A stretch of DNA of 63,955 bases, the filler included, from Reclinomonas americana ATCC 50394 (Eukaryota), in assembly GCA_048213135.1 (NCBI GenBank). It is 8 parts of 4 records of this genome, joined end to end, with 100 filler letters (N's around TTAATTAATTAA, not from the genome) between each part and the next. Parts side by side here need not be neighbours in the genome. Positions count along the whole stretch, not along the records: positions 53,804 to 58,879 come from PS015614.1; positions 58,980 to 62,803 come from PS015614.1; positions 62,904 to 63,955 come from PS015618.1; 5 more parts are not named here. One strand, written 5' to 3'. This document shows, one piece after another, positions 57,001-63,955 of the stretch. The position numbers and the translations under genes are program-made. How positions within the stretch are numbered: position 1 is the stretch's first letter; every line of letters starts with the position of its first letter. The notes under the pieces were generated by a model. It was given only the letters and a program-made list of their open reading frames with translations. It was not told where the DNA came from and searched no databases.

Positions 57001-58879
57001 TACAACTCGCTGGAGACGGATGCGGCGGGTGGCGAGGATGTTGCGTCGTGCTCTTGTTCACATTCGATTTTAACGTGAACTTGTCTTGACTCATTAGTTC
57101 ACAGGCCTCTGGTGGTTCGTCTGCTGGCAAGAGCAACGACTTGTTGATGGGCGCGTGGACGCGCGACCAGTACTTGGCGTTGGTGAAGGAGGAGCTGGAT
57201 GCGTTTGAACGCGACAGCCGCACCCTCGACCTGTGCTTCTTCCCTGAGGTGGTCGGCCACTTGTCACACATGCAGCGAGTGCTGAGTCGCACATTTGGTG
57301 TGTGCAATCTGCACTTTTCCCTCCTCTCACGCTGTCTCCGCCACTGCTCATTACCGTTTGCTTTTTTGTTTTCTCTCACAGGCCACCTCTTGCTGTGCGG
57401 TCGCTCTGGTGTGGGTCGCCGCAGTCTGCTGCAGCTGGCTGCGCACGCCCTCCGACTCACCGTCTTTACGCCGGTGCTGACCAAGGACTACGGCGTCAAG
57501 GCCTTCCGCGGCGATCTCAAGTCCCTGTGCAAGATGCTCACGCTCGAAAACAAGCGTGTCGTGTTCTTCATCGAGGACCATCACATCACCGATCCGCTGT
57601 TTATGGAGCTGGTGAACAGTTTGTTGAGTGCCAGCGAGGTGCCTGGACTGTACACACCCGAAGAGGTTTTGTGAAACGAAGACTAGCAGAAGCTATGTGC
57701 ATGTGTGTGCAGTTGTGCTGACTCCCCCATGCACAGTTTGCCAAGGAGTACGACAATCTGAAGAAGCAGCAGGCCGCCGAAGGACATGGTGGCACTCTGC
57801 ACACGTTCTTCGTCAACCGCATTCGCCGCAACTTGCACGTGGTGCTGTCGCTCGATCCGGGCCATCCGCACTTTGTCAACATTACGCAGAGCAATCCGGC
57901 TCTCTTTACTCGCTGCGCGATTCTGTGGCTCGACACCTGGTCCAAGGACGGCATGCGTGCCGTGCCCCTGGCGTCGCTGGAGGAGCTCTTGCAGGGTCAC
58001 GATGTTGCGTTTTCATTCTTTCCGCGTTCGTCTATCACTCCCGCCTCACCCGCTCCCCCACCGCATCAGGAAATGGACACGGAGCAAATGCTGAAGCACA
58101 TCAACACGATTCACGCTTCGTGTGTGCAGAGTGGCGCCACCCCGCGCCACTTTGTGTCGTTCATCAAGTCGTTCAAGCGCATCTTTGACGAAAAGTACTC
58201 GGCGCTGAATCACCAGACCAAGCGCCTGCAAAAGGGTCTGGACAAGCTCAACGACGCCGCCTCGCACGTCGACAGTCTGGCGTCGAATGCGCGCGAGAAG
58301 CGTGTGATTCTCGCGCAGAACGAGGAGGAGGCGAACCATGCGCTGAACGAGATCTCGGCTGCCATGGAGGCCGCCCGCGTCAAGAAGAAGGAGGTGGAGG
58401 AGCTGACGGAGAAGCAGCAGGGCAAGGAGGAGGAGATTGCCAAGCGCAAGTCGCACATTGACGTGCAAATGGCCGACGTGTACCCGATTCTGGAGGCGGC
58501 CAAGAAGGCCGTCGGAGGAGTGCGTCTTCATTTGTCTCTCTCATTTTCTGTTGCACACTCGTTCACTCACTTTCCTCATCTACCTGCGTTCTCCACACAG
58601 ATCAACCCGAAGGACTTGCAGTACATCCGCTCGCTGCGTGCCCCGCCCGACACGATTCGCGACATTCTGCAGGGCGTCATGACGCTGCTGGGTGACGCCG
58701 ATACGTCGTGGAGTGGCATGCGCAAGCTGCTGTCGGATCCGAGTGTGCAGCAGCAAATCATCTCGTTCGACGCGCGCGCCATTCAGCAGAACACGCGTGA
58801 CGAGGTGCAAGCGCTGCTCGCTCGCAATGCGACCTCGTTCGAGCCGGAGGCCGCCAAGCGTGCGTCGGCCGCCGCCGCC
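46224..58879 (+). CDS. DYNC2H1: Cytoplasmic dynein 2 heavy chain (retrograde IFT motor), partial at both ends, at least 26 introns
   Basis: [38 protein letters not shown]1 GPAGTGKTE with [11 protein letters not shown]2 [11 protein letters not shown]3 GPAGCGKS and the dynein-2-type AAA4 GRSGVGRR, followed by the start of the stalk. Confidence 0.96.
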
Positions 58880-59040
58880 NNNNNNNNNNNNNNNNNNNNN
58901 NNNNNNNNNNNNNNNNNNNNNNNTTAATTAATTAANNNNNNNNNNNNNNNNNNNNNNNNNNNNNNNNNNNNNNNNNNNNCGGAATCGATCGCTTCGCACA
59001 AAACGCCGAAATCGTGCCCGGTCGCCCGCACGCGCAAGCC

Positions 59041-60965
59041 ATGTCGTCGAGCAAGAATAGCGCGAGGTGCAAGCGCTCGGGACGCGGTCCAGCTGGTGCA
59101 CCCGCCGCCGCCGCCGCTGCGCCAGAAGGTGGTGGTGGCTTGTCGACGTATGCTGTGGTGGTGAGTCGGCGGTTGGGATGTGGTGAAGGAGGAAGTGATG
59201 GTTGTCTCACGGGGTGCTTTGGATGCAGGCCCTCCCACCCGGCAACTACGTGGCGGTGAACAATCTGCCGCTCACAGTCACACCCGATGCGTTGCGCGAG
59301 TTCTTCTCCAGTGTTGGAGAAATTGAGGATGTGCAGGTGCGAGGCGGAAGGGGGATTTGGAGAAGGGATATCACACCATCGAATGGTCGTCTTTGCGTGT
59401 CAGCGAGAGAGAGAGAGGGACCAACAGAGGGTGTCAGAGCAGTGGAGTTCGTATTTGCGCGTCACATGTTGCAGCCAGAGAGATGGACAGAGAGCCAGCT
59501 GTGTGAGAGAGATGAAGAGAGAAGAAGGTATGAATTCCAAGGACACCGTGCTGCAGAGACAGAGGTTCACAAGACTGAGAGAGAGAGAGAGAGAAGAGAT
59601 ATGTGTCCATTTGTTCTCGCGCGAGTTCTTCTCCAGTGTTGGAGAAACTGAGGACGTCTGGATATGTGGCAGAAGAAGAGCGGGATGGGAGTGTCAGAAC
59701 TTCAAGCATTTCCATGCTCCCATGTCCCACTCTCCTTATTCCTTTCCCTCCTCCTTCTCCCTCTCCCCCTCCTCCTTCTCCCTCCCTCCCCAGGTACGAC
59801 CCTGCACACGAAACGAGCGACAATGCAAGGCACTTCTTCGCTTCCGCGAGAGNNNNNNNNNNNNNNNNNNNNNNNNNNNNNNNNNNNNNNNNNNNNNNNN
59901 NNNNNNNNNNNNNNNNNNNNNNNNNNNNNNNNNNNNNNNNNNNNNNNNNNNNNNNNNNNNNNNNNNNNNNNNNNNNNNNNNNNNNNNNNNNNNNNNNNNN
60001 NNNNNNNNNNNNNNTCCACACGCCCTCTCTTACAAACACACATCTGCAAGCGTAGTAATTCTGCATTTCTCTCTCACTCTCTCTCCTTTCTCTTCCCCTC
60101 TCCTTTCCCTCCCACCCCCTTTCCCCCTTCCCCCTTCTCCTTTCCCTCTAACCCCCCTTCTACCCCTTCCCAGATCCATGCCACCCCACCCCCCCGCGTC
60201 CTCCAGCGCCCCTCCTCGGGCCAGTACGCCCCCCTCGATGTGGCCGCCGCCGCCCCACCCTCTCGGCATGCCGCATCAATCCTACCCGCACCTGAGCAAC
60301 ACAGTCGCTACGGTGCATCGTACACTGGTGCGTCTTTCTCTCTCCCTTCTCTCTCCTTCCCCCTCCTCCTCCTTACCCTCTCACCTCCCCCTCTGGCAGC
60401 CAACGCCTACCGCGAAATCAGTGCCACCAACATTGGAATGTATGAACAAGATCGCCCGGAGCAGCCGGTCGCCCAAGCTGTCCGCCCCCCTCGCCAACCC
60501 TCGCCTACCGCCACTCAGGCACCCTCTCATCTTTCGTCCTCTTTCTCCTCCTCCTCTTCCTCCTCTTCCTCCTCCGTGCATCCGGGCCACGACGAACGCG
60601 TGTGGACTCGCCTTGCCGTGTCGACCCCGCCAGCCTCCATACAACCGCCTTCGCAGGCCGCCTTGGACATTGCCGCCCGCGCCGGCTACGTGATTGTCGA
60701 TCCGCCGGCGAGACCACCACCGCCGCCCTATCAAAAGGCCGACCCGTTCCCTGCTGTATTTGGTGGCGGTGTTGGCGGCCACGAGGCGGCACCGCCCGAC
60801 CCGCAAGTCAATCAGGCGGAGGCCGTCCGCTGGCTGATGCAAAAGATGGCGGAGTTGGCGGTGTCGGGCGTGACTGAAGACTTGTGCCGCACGGCGTTGC
60901 ACAGCAACGAGAACCAGATGGAGGAGGCCGTCATATGGTTGATCTCGATGCAAGCACATGAATGA
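59041..60965 (+). CDS. RRM + Pro/Ser-rich + C-terminal UBA-like domain protein
   Basis: YVAVNNLPLTVTPDALREFFSSVGEIEDVQ (RRM) and GVTEDLCRTALHSNENQMEEAVIWL (UBA). There is a gap inside the gene. Confidence 0.7.
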
Positions 60966-61040
60966 ACAGCTGCCATTCATTCAGCAAGATGACCAAGCAT
61001 CAACGCAGATAACAGTAGCGGTAGGGTTTCTTGTATGCGT

Positions 61041-62219
61041 TCAGCTTCTTCCCTTTCGCGGCGGAGCCACAAACGTGTGAAACCCATATCCCTCGCCAGC
61101 ATCTACACCCTCCACTCGCACGCGACACACTGGACACTCGCCGCTCTTGCTCACCAGCCGCTCTGCGCACTCCCGACACAACACCTGGTGCATGCACGGA
61201 CGCAGTCGCGTCTCGCGCAGTCCATCGCACACCATGCACGCCCGTCGGCACGACAGCACAGTGAGATCACTCAACTCGCTCGCCAGCTGTTGTGCTGTTG
61301 GACGGCGTGCTGGGCGACCATCCAGACATCTGCAGATTGGTCAGTCAGCGTGTTTCCTCGCAACTCTCGTGGACAGAGACACACAAGTACCTCAGTGCCA
61401 ATCGCACAATCCGCTCACACACAGGAGCCGGCCACGGTCGACCGACAGCACCATCCGCCAGATCCACCGCGGCGTCGAGCAATGCTTCGCCATCAACGTC
61501 GTCCATCTCCTCCAGTGCCTCCACTCGCCGGTGTACCTCCTCAATCGGTAGCCCGCTGAACACTTGCAGGAGGACGAGACCAAGCGAGAACACATCCGAG
61601 CTCGGTCGCAGCTGGCCGTGCATGGCCTTGGGGTCGGCGTATTTCGGGTCGCCAGCAAAATGCACTGACAGATGCGTCTGTGGCACGAGAAGGGGAAGGA
61701 GAGAGACAGGGTGAGGAGAGGAAAGGAGACTGGGCAGGAAAGAGTCACTCACCCCCTCGGTGCGGAACCAGTGCGCCAACCCCAGGTCCGAGATGTAAGC
61801 CATTCCACTGTGGTTGAACAGAATGTTGGCTGGCTTCAGGTCGCGATGGATCACTGTGTGAGAGAGAGAGAGCATATGAGCGGGAACAAAATGAGCAGAG
61901 GATGGAAAGCAGACACACGTACCGTTCTGTGCACACCGACAAGCGCACAGAACGACACGAGTCAGTCAACGAAGAGAATGATAATGGAAATACACGCACG
62001 ATCTCTCTCACTCACATGCCTGCATCATCAGCAACGACAAAGTGAGTCCAAAAAGAATGGAGAACAAAGCACTAGACAGCCAGGCATGTGACACGCAACT
62101 TATGCAGCGAAGCAACAGCCTCGGCACATCGCAGCATGCATGTCATGCGTGCCTCAATCGACATGGCCGGCAGTCCGCGCTCCGCCCACTGCAGCAGTCG
62201 GTGCTCCAAGTTGTGCTCA
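61041..62219 (-). CDS. IRAK/Pelle/RLK-like kinase fused to C-terminal C3HC4 (IAP-type) RING, 5' partial
   Basis: LHKHNVIHRDLKPANIL, ISDLGLA, GDPKYADP, SDVFSLG, LLD..WP..RLALRCLD..RRP, then CMVC..LRPCMHQVLCRECAERL..CPVCR. Confidence 0.85.
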
Positions 62220-62662
62220 CTGTAAATCACGAGAGAGTGAGTGCACGAGCATAAGCCATCTCCCCTACGGAAAGACAGTGAGATGGTGGTGATAATCGAT
62301 CAAGACAGAGAGAAGCATGCTAAGTCGAATGTAGAGTAAACAAGCTGGGAGCACACGCTCCCACTCTCAAGATCTCAATCTCTCTCTTTCTCTCTCTTCT
62401 CTCACGCACACACACTTTTTTCCTTCACCCACAGCCGCAGTTTTCCGTCTCTGCGTTTGCATTCTTACTCTCCCTCTCTCTCTCTCTCTTCCTTTCTCCA
62501 ATTGTCTCTCTGCATCACACACATCAACATGCTCACCGTCACGACAGAAGATATCTGGTTCTCTCTCTTTCTCTCTCACGCACAGCACACACACTCTCCC
62601 TTCACCCTGCTGCTCGCTCTGTTACCCACAGCCGCAGTTTTCCGTCTCTACTTTCGCAATCT

Positions 62663-62707
<45 letters not shown>

Positions 62708-62904
62708 CTACTACTACTCTACTACCTACGTACTACGTACGTACTACGTACGTTACGTTACCGTACGACGTACGTAACGTTACGTACGTACGTACGTACG
62801 TACNNNNNNNNNNNNNNNNNNNNNNNNNNNNNNNNNNNNNNNNNNNNTTAATTAATTAANNNNNNNNNNNNNNNNNNNNNNNNNNNNNNNNNNNNNNNNN
62901 NNNA

Positions 62905-63018
62905 GCCAACGGTACCGGCCTTGACGACGTCGTAGTTCTTGCAGGTGTAGTTGCAGCTGTTGGCCAGCGCGACCGCCACACACAGAGAGAGGACAGCGAT
63001 GAAGAGGGTCTTGGACAT
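62905..63018 (-). CDS. N-terminus of a secreted or membrane protein (signal peptide), cut by gap
   Basis: MSKTLFIAVLSLCVAVALA|NSCNYTCKNYDVVKAGTVG from ATG 63018. Confidence 0.6.
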
Positions 63019-63955
63019 TTTTCTAATTCTACGAGAGAAAAAGGAGGGTTGTTGGGGGCTTGTTTTTCTACGCTCACGGGGGAGACGAAACTGTAGGATA
63101 CTTTCTGATGTGGCAGGTGTCGCCTTTTATGCTCCGGCGTGCCCGGGATAATCACACGCGCCCCTCACCCCCGATGCTGCCTTGACGGAAGAACATTCAC
63201 AGTTAATATTCCGCGATTGCTGACCGTAGTCGCAGCTCTCGCGCGCGGCGCTCGACTACGATGATAGTGTAGGGCACTTCATACGTCTGTCTTCTGAGTC
63301 TTTAGAATGGTCGTCGTCTACCGGCCTGTGGCCACCCACGTGCACGTGCACGGTCGGGCAGTAGTTGTCATGCAGATTCAGAGATTCTGCGTCTGCATTC
63401 TTACAAACCGCACGCGTGTAGTATTGGTTTCGGTGCCGGTGGCTGGCCGAAGAAGGGGGTGGCAGTGAGAGAGTGCCACGAGTGAACATGTTGCGACTCA
63501 TTGGTGTGTGTGGGAGTGTTGTGATTACAGTGGCGCGTGTTCGGTTCGGATTGCGGTGGTCAATTTCTGAACCACTTGGAGAATTTGTCAGGCATGCAGT
63601 TGTCATTGTGAGTGCGTGAAGTTGTCTTCTAGATGTGTGTTATTCTTCATTCATTAATGGTTCTGTCTATATATGATTACAAAGATCTCGCACGCGCTTG
63701 GTGGTGGTGCGCGTGCGGTGTACGCGCTCCCCGAGTTCCTCACGGGCGGCGTGGCAGGTGGCTCGTCGGCAGTCCTGGGCCGGTCTCGTTGCGATCGCTG
63801 GCACGCATGTAGCGCGCCGGTGCCGCAGCACCACGTGGAGGCGGAACAGGCGGCTTCGGTCGTCCGAACAGCGGTGCACTGCTGGCACCACCGTTCTCCT
63901 CGATCGCCGACATCGCCGCCGTCGCCGGCACATGCATCGGCAGCAACGCCGATGG

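Noticed and set aside
46224..58879. Alternative genetic code or stop readthrough suggested by broken dynein ORFs
   Set aside because: All breaks resolve as GT-AG introns under the standard code.
58879..59041. Apparently truncated dynein lacking AAA5/AAA6
   Set aside because: It ends at an unsized spacer gap, so the missing part is an assembly loss.
62700..62803. (CT)n grading into palindromic (TACG)n repeat
   Set aside because: It lies at a contig end and matches the TACG flow order of 454 pyrosequencing read-end noise, so it is most likely an artefact. (TCG)n at 45982 is probably the same.
63667..63955. Pro-rich minus-strand ORF at the window end
   Set aside because: It is probably the 3' end of a gene outside the window, but neither frame nor identity can be fixed.

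Overview
Gapped draft scaffold from a GC-rich, intron-rich eukaryote with short (~55-90 nt) GT-AG introns and many (GA)n/(CA)n tracts. It is probably flagellated, since it carries a dynein-2 heavy chain. All gene models were spliced by hand. From left to right: a GCGAAGC-hairpin minisatellite; a tandem array of at least 7 stand-alone 7-repeat WD40 genes or pseudogenes sharing a conserved C-terminal tail; CDC26; a METTL21-type methyltransferase; a secretory FKBP; a giant coiled-coil protein ending in a cryptic, degenerate small-GTPase domain; an unknown low-complexity gene; HVA22/REEP; an EXPERA-domain protein; an Ig-like-repeat plus H-type-lectin protein; an XK-like membrane protein; DYNC2H1 (partial); an RRM-UBA protein; and an IRAK/Pelle-like kinase-RING fusion. 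The strongest hidden signal is in the splicing. About 19 of the ~85 donors I could place are register-shifted GTTGCGT/GTTGAGT-type sites, and none of the 19 has G at exon position -1. Micro-exons go down to 4 nt. The TTAATTAATTAA-in-N spacers and the (TACG)n tail are assembly or sequencing artefacts.
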